This document shows positions 31,517 to 41,593 of a DNA stretch of 59,388 nt, piece after piece. The DNA is from Spirochaetales bacterium (GTDB lineage: Bacteria > Spirochaetota > Spirochaetia > Treponematales > UBA12059), in assembly GCA_016928955.1 (NCBI GenBank), contig JAFGJV010000050.1, forward strand, positions 1 to 59,388, read 5' to 3'. The translations under genes and the position numbers were made by a program. The notes beneath the pieces are model-generated. The model was not told where the DNA came from. It saw only the letters and a program-made list of their open reading frames with translations, and searched no databases. Position 1 is the stretch's first letter. Every line of letters begins with the position of its first letter.

Positions 31517-33289
31517 ATGAATGATTCCAATGTTACTCTGGTAGAACTGAGCGTAGACGGCGTACCCGTTACGGTAGCCTCTGGCTCGACCATACTCAAG
31601 GCTTGCCAGGCCGCCGGCGTGAGCATACCCACCCTGTGCCATCTTGAAGGCGTAAGCTCGAACGCGTCGTGCGGCGTGTGCGTGGTGGAAGTGGAGGGGG
31701 CACGCAGCCTGGTGCGTTCCTGCGTGCAAACCGTATCGCCCGGCATGCAGGTACGCACGAACACCAAGCGCGTTCTGGAAGCGCGCCGCACCGTGGTCGA
31801 ACTGCTCCTTGCCAACCACCCAGACGACTGCCTGGCATGCATGCGCAACGGCAGCTGCGAACTCCAGTCCATGGCCGAGCGCATGGGTGTGCGCCGCAAG
31901 GCTTTCCCGCGCACCCGCAAGGAACCCGCCCAGGACAGCGCCGGGCTCGCCATCATCCGGGACAACGACAAATGCATACTGTGCGGCCGCTGCGTGGCCG
32001 TATGCCGTGAAACCCAGACCGTGTCGGCCATAGACTTTGCCGGCCGCGGCATACGAACCCGCGTGGCTCCGTTCATGGACAAGGCCTTGTCGTCGACCGT
32101 ATGCGTGTCCTGCGGCCAGTGTACCCTGGTGTGCCCCACCGGCGCCCTAACCGAGCGCGACGAAACCGACGAGGTCTTTGCCGACCTGTTCGATCCGGAC
32201 AAGGTCGTGGTGGTGCAGACAGCCCCCGCCATCAGGGCGTCGCTCGGCGAGGCTCTCGGCCTGCCTCCCGGGAGCCTGGTCACCGGCAAGATGGCCGCGG
32301 CTCTTAGGCGGCTGGGCTTTGCCAAGGTGTTCGACACCCAGTTTGCCGCAGATCTTACCATCATGGAGGAGGGCTCAGAGCTGCTCCACCGCGCATCGTC
32401 GGGCGGCGTTCTTCCCATGATCACGTCCTGCTCGCCCGGCTGGATATCCTTCATCGAGACCTTCTACCCCAGCCTCCTGCCCCACCTGTCCACCTGCAAG
32501 TCCCCCCAGCAGATGTTCGGCTCGGTGGCCAAGACCTACTGGGCTCGCAAGGCAGGCGTGGACCCCTCAAAGATGGTAGTCGTGTCCATCATGCCCTGTA
32601 CCGCCAAGAAATTCGAAGCCCGCCGGCCGGAAATGCGCGACGCCTGGGCGTGGTGGAAGGACCAAGGCCAGGATCACAAACCTTTCTTTGACGTGGATTA
32701 CGCGCTGACCACGCGTGAGCTGGCCCGGATGATACGACGGGCAGGCATAGACTTCACGCGCCTGCCGGAAGAAGGCTTTGACGACCCCCTGGGAGCGAGC
32801 ACGGGCGCTGCTGTTATCTTTGGCGCCACGGGCGGCGTAATGGAGGCGGCGGCGCGCACAGCCTACGAACTTGCCACGGGCAAGCCCCTTCCAACGCTGG
32901 AGCTTGAGGCCGTGCGCGGCTTTGAGGGAGTTAGGGAGGCCGCCCTAGACATAGATGGCAAACCCTTGCGCGTAGCCGTTGCGCATACGCTGAAAAACGC
33001 GCGCGCCATCCTGGACGGGATAGCCGCGGGTACCAGCCCCTACGCGTTTGTGGAGGTCATGACCTGCCCTGGCGGCTGCCTTGGCGGCGGAGGCCAGCCC
33101 GTAGCGCCTGACTGGGAGAAACGGGAACTAAGGCGCGCGGCCATTTACCGCGAGGACCGCGGCTTGACCGAGCGCAAGTCCCACGACAACCCGGCCATCA
33201 AGGAACTGTACGCGGTTTTCCTGGGCAAACCCTTAGGGCACCTGTCCCACGAACTTCTCCACACGGAGTACGCTGTCAGAAAGGTTTAA
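31517..33289 (+). CDS. hydA: [FeFe]-hydrogenase catalytic subunit, group A
   Basis: 2Fe-2S domain, HPDDCLACMRNGSC, two 4Fe-4S motifs, H-cluster TSCSPGW, MPCTAKKFE, EVMTCPGGCLGGGGQP; RBS GGAGG. Confidence 0.95.
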   Translation: MNDSNVTLVELSVDGVPVTVASGSTILKACQAAGVSIPTLCHLEGVSSNASCGVCVVEVEGARSLVRSCVQTVSPGMQVRTNTKRVLEARRTVVELLLANHPDDCLACMRNGSCELQSMAERMGVRRKAFPRTRKEPAQDSAGLAIIRDNDKCILCGRCVAVCRETQTVSAIDFAGRGIRTRVAPFMDKALSSTVCVSCGQCTLVCPTGALTERDETDEVFADLFDPDKVVVVQTAPAIRASLGEALGLPPGSLVTGKMAAALRRLGFAKVFDTQFAADLTIMEEGSELLHRASSGGVLPMITSCSPGWISFIETFYPSLLPHLSTCKSPQQMFGSVAKTYWARKAGVDPSKMVVVSIMPCTAKKFEARRPEMRDAWAWWKDQGQDHKPFFDVDYALTTRELARMIRRAGIDFTRLPEEGFDDPLGASTGAAVIFGATGGVMEAAARTAYELATGKPLPTLELEAVRGFEGVREAALDIDGKPLRVAVAHTLKNARAILDGIAAGTSPYAFVEVMTCPGGCLGGGGQPVAPDWEKRELRRAAIYREDRGLTERKSHDNPAIKELYAVFLGKPLGHLSHELLHTEYAVRKV

Positions 33290-33326
33290 GGGAACTTTCT
33301 AAAAACTGCAGTTTTTAGAGGCTCCC
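33290..33326. repeat. Family A short repeat flanked by TTAA on both sides
   Basis: TTAA-GGGAACTTTCTAAAAACTGCAGTTTTTAGAGGCTCCC-TTAA; the left TAA is the hydA stop. Confidence 0.9.
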
Positions 33327-33350
33327 TTAAGTAACTGGAGCTTGAACGGC

Positions 33351-33372
33351 GGGGGCTCCTCAAGGAGCCCCC
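33351..33372. terminator. GC-rich hairpin between convergent genes
   Basis: GGGGGCTCC-TCAA-GGAGCCCCC; weak U tail. Confidence 0.55.
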
Positions 33373-33449
33373 GTGCTATTGGATTCTACCAAATATTGCT
33401 TGCGTAAAAAACATTGGTCGTTATAAAAGTATTGGTAGCCGCGCGTAAC

Positions 33450-34163
33450 TTACCCCGCTTGGCGGCCCAGCCACTCAAGGAGAGCGTTTTCGGCGTCATC
33501 CAAGGCTTCCTGGCAGAGCTTCATAACGGTTTCCGCGTTGAAAATGCCGGGAAGCACGCGCACGTCGCCCTTGGACAGACCTTCCGCTGTTTTCAGAAGG
33601 AGCCGTTTCCCCTCCCTGTCCATGGCATATACCCTGAGCGTGGCTTCAACGCGGGCGGTTTCCAGTCCGATATTCCACTTTTTCTCGACGAACGTGAACG
33701 TCGCCTCCACGGACAGGAAGGCCCCTGCTTCCGGAAGGGCAAGAGACAAGGCCGGGGCCGCCTTGGCGTCCATCCCCTGCCCCAGATATCCGTCAGGCGC
33801 CATCCACGCGTTTCTGGGAAAATAGTCTTCTGCAAGTTCCGCTGTTCCCAGCATGCCCAAGGTAGCCTCCTCTGGGAGCAGCGCAAAGGGCAGCACAGCT
33901 TGCCAGCCACCGAGAACCCTGTCCTTGAGGCTTATGGCCAGCAGTTGCGGCTGAAACGCGTCGTTCCTGCGCACGAGCTTGAAGAGCAGTTCGGCCTCAT
34001 CCATTTCCACGGCTTCGATGTTGCCGTCAACGGCGACTGCGCACAGCGCCGCGTTCAAGGGTGACTCGTATATGCTCTTGTCTACACCTACACAGGACAG
34101 CGACATTGCCGCGAGGAAGGCGATGCCAGCCCAGCGGCCCAGTTTCCCAACGATAGATATCAT
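33450..34163 (-). CDS. Hypothetical lipoprotein
   Basis: Signal peptide ending SLSC; RBS GAAGGAG before ATG 34163. Confidence 0.65.
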   Translation of the reverse strand: MISIVGKLGRWAGIAFLAAMSLSCVGVDKSIYESPLNAALCAVAVDGNIEAVEMDEAELLFKLVRRNDAFQPQLLAISLKDRVLGGWQAVLPFALLPEEATLGMLGTAELAEDYFPRNAWMAPDGYLGQGMDAKAAPALSLALPEAGAFLSVEATFTFVEKKWNIGLETARVEATLRVYAMDREGKRLLLKTAEGLSKGDVRVLPGIFNAETVMKLCQEALDDAENALLEWLGRQAG

Positions 34164-34247
34164 AATCACTCCTTCTTCACTTACAGCCTATGGTCGGCTT
34201 TTGGATATTCCTGCACCAAGATTTGGCCGCGCCCGTTCCTTTGATTT

Positions 34248-34799
34248 CTACTCTGCATCCCCTTCAGCGAACTCCAGGAAAAGGTCGTTCGGCGGCATCG
34301 GCGTTGCCCGGTACACTCTGAGAGCACGGTACAGGCGGTGCACGGTGTGGCTTTGGGGGCTCACCAGTCCGCTCTCGATATTCCAGAGCGTGTTCGGATG
34401 CATGCCGCCTGCGGCCGCAGCCTCCTCGAGCGTCGCCCCGTGTGCCATGCGCGCCGCTCGGATCTTGCTCCCGATGATGAGCACCACTGACGCGTCCTGC
34501 ATGGTCAGGATGTCCGAGCGCTGGAACGATTCCTGTTCCCCGCCTAGTTCTATCCTGTCCCATCCGTCTTCTATCACCAGGCTCCTCGTACCCAGGGCGG
34601 CCAGTATCCTGCAGCGAGTACTGCTGTTCAGATCATGGGTTCCGCGCTCGAGCACGCCAACCGTGTTCTCGTGTACGCAGGCTAGCCTCGCCAGCTCCCC
34701 GCGCGAGAGTCCGCGCTGGGCCCTGGCCCTCTGGGTCTCCCTGCCCATGGCCGCCAGATAGGCAGGCAGGTCGAACGGTTTCTTTGGGATGGCTAGCAT
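34248..34799 (-). CDS. Tandem double XRE/Cro helix-turn-helix protein
   Basis: Two HTH units: RAQRGLSRGELARLACVHENTVGVLERG and RMAHGATLEEAAAAGGMHPNTLWNIESG. Confidence 0.8.
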   Translation of the reverse strand: MLAIPKKPFDLPAYLAAMGRETQRARAQRGLSRGELARLACVHENTVGVLERGTHDLNSSTRCRILAALGTRSLVIEDGWDRIELGGEQESFQRSDILTMQDASVVLIIGSKIRAARMAHGATLEEAAAAGGMHPNTLWNIESGLVSPQSHTVHRLYRALRVYRATPMPPNDLFLEFAEGDAE

Positions 34800-35701
34800 G
34801 CCGTTGTCCCGTCCAGAGTCAGGCGCCAGTATTCAGTCCTGGCTTTTTCGGCAAAGCCCCGGGACCGGTACAGCGCGAGCGCGCCCTCATTGGAGCTGTC
34901 CACCTCTATGCGGACCGTCTGGACGCCCCTATTGGCAAGCACGGTGATGACGGCGTCCAGCACGGCCCCGCCGTATCCGGCCCTGCGCAGCTCGGGGACA
35001 ATGCCCAGCCCGAACACCATCCAGCCGTCGGTTTCCTCCGCCAGGGACACCAATCCAACCAAGCCCCGGTCGCTCCAGGCCGCGTACTGCTCTCGGTCGG
35101 GATCGGCCAGGCAGGACTCCATGAACGCCCGGGCTTCGTCCGGCGCTTCGTCAAATATGTCAGCTGAAGCCTCAGAAGCCTGTTCGATATCGCGCATGCC
35201 CAGGGGCGCAAGCCGTATGGTACCGCAGTATGGGCAGAGTATCTTCTCCGGCTTCCTCTCCATGAGGAGTTCCACGTGTGAGAGCGTTGCCCCCACATGG
35301 CCCGCCACCAGGGGCCCGAAACCCGCCTTTCCGTCAGCCACGTATAGGGCTTCCTTGAGTCCGGCCGACCTCATTACAGCAAGAGCCTCGGAAGATAGGG
35401 CACGGAATATGCCCTGCCTCCTGAACAGAGGATCCACGCACGCTGAAAGTTCGCCCTCGTCTCCGCCGGGCGCAAAAATCCTGGCCACGCCGAGCACGCG
35501 CCGGTGGCCAGAAGGCTCCCTGGCTTCCGCCAGGAACCAGGCTGGCATGTCGCCCTTGAGGTTGAGGGCCGTGTCAAAGCGTATGCCCGGGTCGGCCCTG
35601 TCGTGCTCAGCGCATACCGCAACCAGCCGTTCCACATCCCTGCGCTCGCCATCACCTGGAGCGACCAGGGCGCGCACGGCCACATCGAGCGCCAGGATCA
35701 T
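34793..35701 (-). CDS. Tandem two-domain GNAT acetyltransferase
   Basis: Two acetyl-CoA motifs VDPLFRRQGIF and VPELRRAGYG; NEGALALYRSRGF. Confidence 0.85.
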   Translation of the reverse strand: MILALDVAVRALVAPGDGERRDVERLVAVCAEHDRADPGIRFDTALNLKGDMPAWFLAEAREPSGHRRVLGVARIFAPGGDEGELSACVDPLFRRQGIFRALSSEALAVMRSAGLKEALYVADGKAGFGPLVAGHVGATLSHVELLMERKPEKILCPYCGTIRLAPLGMRDIEQASEASADIFDEAPDEARAFMESCLADPDREQYAAWSDRGLVGLVSLAEETDGWMVFGLGIVPELRRAGYGGAVLDAVITVLANRGVQTVRIEVDSSNEGALALYRSRGFAEKARTEYWRLTLDGTTAC

Positions 35702-37686
35702 GCCTCGCCCTCCTTGATGCGCCTGATCTCGTCGCGCAGGAGCGCCGCCGCCTCGAATTCCAGGTTTTTTGCCCTATCGAGCATCTCCTTCTCCAGCCTG
35801 CGTACCAGGGCGCCGCGCTGCTCGGGCACCAGAAGGTTGTACGCGGCCTTGATGGTCTCAACGTCAGCGTGGGCGCCGAGCTCACGTTCCTCCTTATGCC
35901 TCTGCAGTATGTCCTGCACGGCCTTGCGCACGGTGGTGGGCGTTATGCCGTGTTCCTGGTTGTACGCCAGCTGGGCGTCGCGGCGGCGCTTGGTCTCGTC
36001 TATGGCCTTGGCCATGGCGTCGGACATACGGTCGGCGTACATGACCACGGTGCCCGCGGCATTGCGCGCGGCGCGGCCTATGATCTGGATGAGGCTGGTC
36101 GCCGATCGAAGGAACCCTATCTTGTCCGCGTCCAGGATGGCTATGAACGACACCTCGGGCAGGTCTATGCCTTCGCGCAGGAGGTTGATGCCAACGAGCA
36201 CGTCATAGTCGCCCATGCGCAGTTGCTTGAGAATCTCCACGCGCTCGATGGTTTCCACCTCGCTGTGGATGTAACGCACCTTGAGTTCCAGGCCAGCCAG
36301 GTACTCCGACAGCTCCTCGGCCATGCGCTTGGTCAGGGTTAGGATCAGGCTGCGTTCGCCCCGGGCTATGCGCGCTTGTACCTCGGCGTATATGTCCTCC
36401 ATCTGGCCTTCGCTCGGGCGAACGGAAATTTCCGGGTCCACAAGTCCCGTGGGACGTATAAGTTGCTCTACCACCCGAGCAGATTTCTTGAGCTCCGTAT
36501 CGCCTGGCGTCGCAGATACGTACACCACGCTCCGGGTCAGCTCCTCGAATTCGTCGTACTTAAGCGGCCTGTTGTCCAGGGCGGACGGCAACCTGAAGCC
36601 ATAGTCCACCAGGGTCTGCTTGCGCGAGCGGTCGCCCGCGTACATGGCACCTATCTGGGGCAGGGTCACGTGGGATTCGTCAATGAAGGTGAGGAAGTCG
36701 TCGGCAAAGTAGTCCAAGAGCACGGACGGACGCGTACCCCTGGCCCTGCCTGACAGGGGCGCCGAGTAGTTCTCTATGCCCGGGCAGTAGCCTATCTCCT
36801 CCAGCAGCTCCAGGTCGTACTCTACCCTGGTTTTCAGCCGCTGGGCCTCAACCAGTTTCTGCTTGGACAGGAGGAACTCGTGGCGCTCCGCAAGCTCGCC
36901 GCGGATGCTCGATATGGCCGCCTGCACCATGCTCTCGGGCATGACGAACTGCTTGGCCGGATATATCACGGCGGCGTCCAGGTCCTCGAGCGCCTGTCCG
37001 GACACGGGGTCAAAGCGGCGGATGCGCTCAACGCGGTCAAAGTCCAGCTCTATGCGGTATGCTTCCTTGGCGTACGCCGGGCATACCTCTATCACGTCGC
37101 CGCGCACGCGGAAGCGGCCGCGCTCCAACACGGCGTCGTTGCGCTCGTACTGGAGCGACACCAGTTCCCGCTTGAAGGCGTCGGTATCCAGCTCGTCGCC
37201 CACGCGGGCTTCCACCTTCATCTCGCGGTACACTTCCGGCGTGGCCAGGCCGTATATGCACGACACCGTGGCTATGATGATCACGTCACGGCGCTCCATG
37301 AGGCTGCGCGTGGCCGACAGGCGGAGGCGCTCGATCTCCTGGTTGATGTCCGCGTCCTTCTCTATGTACAGATCGCGCGTGGGAACGTATGCCTCCGGCT
37401 GGTAATAGTCGTAATAGGATACAAAGTACTCCACCGCGTTGTCCGGAAAGAAATCCTTGAACTCGCGGAAGAGCTGGGCCGACAGGGTCTTGTTATGGCT
37501 GACGACCAGGGTCGGCTTCTGGACGGCCTCTATCACCTTGGCCATGGTAAAGGTCTTGCCCGACCCGGTGACGCCCCTGAGGGTCTGCCAGCGGTCTCCC
37601 GCGCTGATACCGGCGGCCAGGGCGTTTATGGCCTGGGGTTGGTCCCCGGACGGCCCAAAGGGCGCGACTACCTTGAACGCTTTCAC
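35698..37686 (-). CDS. uvrB: Excinuclease ABC subunit B
   Basis: GVTGSGKT, SYYDYYQPEAY, DESH, QIIGRAARN, C-terminal UVR domain; GTG start with RBS GGAGG. Confidence 0.97.
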   Translation of the reverse strand: MKAFKVVAPFGPSGDQPQAINALAAGISAGDRWQTLRGVTGSGKTFTMAKVIEAVQKPTLVVSHNKTLSAQLFREFKDFFPDNAVEYFVSYYDYYQPEAYVPTRDLYIEKDADINQEIERLRLSATRSLMERRDVIIIATVSCIYGLATPEVYREMKVEARVGDELDTDAFKRELVSLQYERNDAVLERGRFRVRGDVIEVCPAYAKEAYRIELDFDRVERIRRFDPVSGQALEDLDAAVIYPAKQFVMPESMVQAAISSIRGELAERHEFLLSKQKLVEAQRLKTRVEYDLELLEEIGYCPGIENYSAPLSGRARGTRPSVLLDYFADDFLTFIDESHVTLPQIGAMYAGDRSRKQTLVDYGFRLPSALDNRPLKYDEFEELTRSVVYVSATPGDTELKKSARVVEQLIRPTGLVDPEISVRPSEGQMEDIYAEVQARIARGERSLILTLTKRMAEELSEYLAGLELKVRYIHSEVETIERVEILKQLRMGDYDVLVGINLLREGIDLPEVSFIAILDADKIGFLRSATSLIQIIGRAARNAAGTVVMYADRMSDAMAKAIDETKRRRDAQLAYNQEHGITPTTVRKAVQDILQRHKEERELGAHADVETIKAAYNLLVPEQRGALVRRLEKEMLDRAKNLEFEAAALLRDEIRRIKEGEA

Positions 37687-37687
37687 C

Positions 37688-39118
37688 TTACCTCCCCCGA
37701 GCCAGTATACCACGCCCGGTGGCCGCTATCGCCGCCGAGAGCGCCCTGGCCACCCTGCTGCCGGCCTCTCCGGCCGCGTTCAGGCGCACGGATCCAAAAC
37801 TCAGCCGCAGGTGAGCATCCCTGGCGCCGGCATCCGATCTGAACTCTGCTTCCGGCGCCACAAGGATGCCGTCCGACCTGCAAGCCCCCGCCGCAGCGCT
37901 GCCTGAAAGGCCGGCGGGCAGCTCTAGCCACACGTTGAGACCCCCGGCTGGTCGTTCCCAGGACAATCCCGATACGCCCGACAGGCCCCTGCAGAACTCG
38001 TCACAGGCGTGTTCGTAGCGTTTCCTGACCGAGGCAAGGTGCTCCGCGTACCGGCCATCGTTCAATATGAAGGTAAGCACGCGCTGTATGAGGCCGTTGG
38101 ACGACAGGTCGATGGCCCGCTTTGCCGACTCCAGGCGTTCGCGCATGGCCGGCGGGGCCTCCAGGACAGCGATACGGAGCCCGGGCATGAGGGATTTGGA
38201 GAAACTCTTGAGGTAGAGCACCTTGCCGGTGGCGTCATACGACCGCAGGGGCCGCGGTCTTTGCTCGGCAAGGTCGACCATCAGGTCGTCCTCTATGATG
38301 AAAAAACCATGCCGCTGGGCCAGGTGGACAAGGCGCTCGCGGAAATCTTCAGGATAGACGGCGCAGCTGGGATTCTGGAGCGTCGGGTTGACGTACAAAA
38401 GGCGCAGGGGCCTTTCGGTGGCTGCCCTCTCGATGGCGTCCAGGTCCAGTCCGCCGACACCCGCCTCGACGGCCTCCACGCGGGCGCCGGCCGCCAGGAA
38501 GGCAGAGCCCGCGCCCTGGTAGCCCGGCGCCTCGACCAGGGCAAGGTCTCCATGGCGCAGGAGAACGCGGGCGGCCAGATCCAGTCCCTGCTGGGCGCCA
38601 GACACCACGTGGACATCCGCCGCGTCCACGCCAAGCCCGAACGCCCTGGCGAGCTCGCGGGCAAGGGCTTTGCGCAGCGGAGGGTAGCCGCCGGCCTCCT
38701 GGTAGGAGAAGGCAGCTCCTCCGTCCATATCCACGGCCTGTACCAGATAGCGCTTGACATCATCCAGCGGGTAGCTGTCCTCGGGAGGGACGCTTGCAGA
38801 CAGGTCGAATTCCACAGCCTGGACCGGTTCCTTGAGGGCCCTAGATGCCCCGGATTGCGCGTCCTGGGCACGGGCGTCCTCGGACACATAGACGCCGGAT
38901 CCCCTTCTCATGTCGAGCAAGCCCTCGCGGGACAGGATCCTGTATGCGGCCACCACGGTTGCCGGATTGACCCCCAGCTCGTCGGACAGGCGCCGTACCG
39001 ACGGCAGACGGTCGCCCGGACGCACGCTGCCGTCCGCTATGCGAGCGCGCACCGCGTCGGCCGCCTGGATGTACAGCGGCATATCGTCGCCTTTATAGAC
39101 TCTGACAAAGGGACTCAT
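37688..39118 (-). CDS. pdxR: MocR/PdxR family regulator (GntR HTH plus PLP-binding domain)
   Basis: RLPSVRRLS and VNPATV HTH; SFSKSLMPGLR PLP lysine; divergent from pdxS; RBS AAGGAG before ATG 39118. Confidence 0.85.
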   Translation of the reverse strand: MSPFVRVYKGDDMPLYIQAADAVRARIADGSVRPGDRLPSVRRLSDELGVNPATVVAAYRILSREGLLDMRRGSGVYVSEDARAQDAQSGASRALKEPVQAVEFDLSASVPPEDSYPLDDVKRYLVQAVDMDGGAAFSYQEAGGYPPLRKALARELARAFGLGVDAADVHVVSGAQQGLDLAARVLLRHGDLALVEAPGYQGAGSAFLAAGARVEAVEAGVGGLDLDAIERAATERPLRLLYVNPTLQNPSCAVYPEDFRERLVHLAQRHGFFIIEDDLMVDLAEQRPRPLRSYDATGKVLYLKSFSKSLMPGLRIAVLEAPPAMRERLESAKRAIDLSSNGLIQRVLTFILNDGRYAEHLASVRKRYEHACDEFCRGLSGVSGLSWERPAGGLNVWLELPAGLSGSAAAGACRSDGILVAPEAEFRSDAGARDAHLRLSFGSVRLNAAGEAGSRVARALSAAIAATGRGILARGR

Positions 39119-39127
39119 CGTCGCTCC

Positions 39128-39183
39128 TTGACATGCAATACAGTTTACAATACTGTTACGATACAGTTTACGATACAGTATTG
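39128..39183 (+). promoter_or_regulatory. pdxS promoter with candidate PdxR operator repeats
   Basis: TTGACA-N17-TACTGT; four RATACWGT units at 39137, 39149, 39160 and 39172; inverted CAATACTGT/ACAGTATTG. Confidence 0.75.
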
Positions 39184-39285
39184 TCTGGCCATGAGCACAG
39201 TATACCGCATGTCCGGGGTGCGGCGCAGCGTCAGACGGATGGTGTGAGCGTGTGACAGCGTCGCCCATCAGGAAAGGAGAAAACC

Positions 39286-40164
39286 ATGAACAGCAGAAAG
39301 ACTAGAGACAAGGATCTGGCAGGCAGGCTGAAAGGAGGCGTCATCATGGACGTGGTGAACGCGGAGCAGGCAAAAATCGCGCAAGCCGCGGGCGCGGTGG
39401 CCGTCATGGCTCTTGAGCGCGTACCAGCCGACATACGGGCGGCCGGCGGCGTTGCCAGGATGTCGGACCCGCGGCTGATAAAAGAGATCCAGGCAGCCGT
39501 TGGCATACCGGTCATGGCCAAGGCGCGCATCGGGCACATCATGGAAGCCAGGGTACTGGAAGCCCTGGGTATCGACTATATCGACGAGAGCGAGGTGCTC
39601 ACCCCTGCCGACAATTCCTGTCACATAGACAAGCGCTCGTTCACCGTGCCCTTTGTGTGCGGCGCGCGCGATCTTGGCGAGGCGTTGCGACGCATCGGGG
39701 AAGGCGCGTCCATGATACGCACCAAGGGCGAGGCCGGCACCGGAGACATTGCCGAGGCCGTTCGGCATTTGCGCGCCTTAAGCGGCCAGCTCAAGGCCGT
39801 GCTGTCGGCCGATCCCGAGGAGCTTATGCGCCTGGCCAAGGATATGGGAGCGCCTTACGAGCTGGTACTCAAAACCAGGGAGCTTGGGCGCCTGCCTGTG
39901 CTCAACTTCTCGGCCGGCGGTGTGGCGACACCCGCCGACGCCGCCCTGATGATGGCGCTCGGGGCGGAGGGCGTGTTTGTCGGATCCGGCATCTTCAAGT
40001 CCGAGGATCCTGAGCAACGGGCCGCCGCCATCGTTCGGGCGGTGGCCAACTGGCGGGACGCGTCCGTTGTTGCAGCCGTGTCCGAGGGCCTGGGCGAGGC
40101 CATGCGCGGCGTGGAAGCAGGATCCGTGGCCGACTCCCAGCGTTATGCGGCCAGGGGAGTGTAA
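39286..40164 (+). CDS. pdxS: Pyridoxal 5'-phosphate synthase subunit PdxS
   Basis: [44 protein letters not shown]. Confidence 0.96.
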   Translation: MNSRKTRDKDLAGRLKGGVIMDVVNAEQAKIAQAAGAVAVMALERVPADIRAAGGVARMSDPRLIKEIQAAVGIPVMAKARIGHIMEARVLEALGIDYIDESEVLTPADNSCHIDKRSFTVPFVCGARDLGEALRRIGEGASMIRTKGEAGTGDIAEAVRHLRALSGQLKAVLSADPEELMRLAKDMGAPYELVLKTRELGRLPVLNFSAGGVATPADAALMMALGAEGVFVGSGIFKSEDPEQRAAAIVRAVANWRDASVVAAVSEGLGEAMRGVEAGSVADSQRYAARGV

Positions 40165-40213
40165 GCAGCAAGCGGGCGCTCCCACCTGCCTGGCCGCGCA
40201 GGAGGAACGGGCG

Positions 40214-41491
40214 TCAGCTTTCGGACTGACGCTCCGACAGCACCACGTCAGTTTTCATGAGCTTTGACCCTCGGTAGTACTCCACCCGGACGGTTTGGCC
40301 CGGCTTGTTGTCCTCAAGGGCCGTGTACAAATCGGCAACGGACGCTACCGGCCTCCCGTCCACGGATACGATGATGTCGCCGCCCACGTTGAACACGCTC
40401 TGGTAGTAGCGTACCGGCGTGGCGCCGCCCCGGAGTCCGGCCCGGTCAGCGTTGCTTCCCTTCTTGATGGACGACACGATCAAGCCCGTGTCCACGGGCA
40501 GGGGGCTACCCTGCTCCCGCATATAGTCGATCAGCGGGGCAAAGATCTGCACGTACTCGGCGTCTATCCAGCCGCGCTGTACCTTGCCGTTGCGGATCAG
40601 CTCGGGTACCACGCGCTTGGCCGTGTTTACTGGCACCGCAAAGCCGACGCCGACCGACCCTCCCGAGGGACTGTAAATCATGGTGTTGACACCTATCAGC
40701 TCACCCCGAGCGTTGAGAAGGGGGCCTCCCGAGTTGCCGGGGTTGATGGACGCGTCCGTCTGTATCATGTCCTGGATGATGGTCGTCTTGTCCTGCTGGA
40801 CGGGACGGCCAAGTCCCGAGACGATGCCCCGGGTCAGGGTGCGTTCAAGGCCGAAGGGATTGCCTATGGCTAGCACCTTTTGTCCCACCTTGAGGCCCGA
40901 GCTGTCACCGTAGGGGATGACCGTCAGCCGCTGTCGGGCCGGCGGGGTGAATTTGATGACGGTAAGGTCGTTCTCAGGATCCGAACCCACCACCGAGGCC
41001 TCAAACCGGGAACCATCGGCCAGGTTGACATACACCTTGTACGCGCCCTCTACCACGTGGTAGTTGGTCAGCACGTACCCCCGTGCGTCTATGATGGATC
41101 CCGAACCGGTGCCGCCCGCCTGGGGCACGGGCTCCAGGAACCAGTTGATGGCCACCACCTCGGTGGTGATGTTGACGACGCCCGAGTTCAGGCGGTCGTA
41201 TACGTCTATGTTCTCGCGCTCGTCCTGGGTGTAGGCGCTTGCGCCGTCGGCAACCGTTGCGGCCGTCGGGGCGCCCGTGTCGCCGGGTATGGTGGAAGGC
41301 AGGGGCCGGGGATACTCCTCGTCCGCACGCACCACGGACGACCCGGGTCCGCCCAGCTCAGCGTCCATCCGGGCGCTGTCGCGTGACGCCGCGCCAGGCC
41401 GCAGGTATCCCAGGCCCACGGCCCCGAGCACCCCCAGGAGGGCGGCGGCCAGGGCGACTATGACTATCTGGTTTCTGGTGTACAGGCGCAT
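40214..41491 (-). CDS. htrA: HtrA/DegP-like serine protease with one PDZ domain
   Basis: N-terminal membrane anchor; TNYHVV, IQTDASINPGNSGGPL; C-terminal PDZ. Confidence 0.9.
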   Translation of the reverse strand: MRLYTRNQIVIVALAAALLGVLGAVGLGYLRPGAASRDSARMDAELGGPGSSVVRADEEYPRPLPSTIPGDTGAPTAATVADGASAYTQDERENIDVYDRLNSGVVNITTEVVAINWFLEPVPQAGGTGSGSIIDARGYVLTNYHVVEGAYKVYVNLADGSRFEASVVGSDPENDLTVIKFTPPARQRLTVIPYGDSSGLKVGQKVLAIGNPFGLERTLTRGIVSGLGRPVQQDKTTIIQDMIQTDASINPGNSGGPLLNARGELIGVNTMIYSPSGGSVGVGFAVPVNTAKRVVPELIRNGKVQRGWIDAEYVQIFAPLIDYMREQGSPLPVDTGLIVSSIKKGSNADRAGLRGGATPVRYYQSVFNVGGDIIVSVDGRPVASVADLYTALEDNKPGQTVRVEYYRGSKLMKTDVVLSERQSES

Positions 41492-41593
41492 AACAGCCTC
41501 CGTCTATCGAATATACATCCGACCAGTCCGGCCCGCCAATCGCGGTAAAGAACACCTTGCGTTTTCCTTACAAATGAGCAAGGCTCAGTCTGT

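Noticed and set aside
32420..32445. H-cluster motif TSCSPGW instead of TSCCPxW as a sign of inactivation
   Set aside because: This variant is common in multimeric group A hydrogenases and the other two motifs are intact
33414..34064. 216-aa plus-strand ORF
   Set aside because: It overlaps the minus-strand lipoprotein gene, which has an RBS and a lipobox
34248..35701. GNAT plus HTH as a classical toxin-antitoxin pair
   Set aside because: GNAT toxins are single-domain with an upstream RHH antitoxin; size, order and fold differ here
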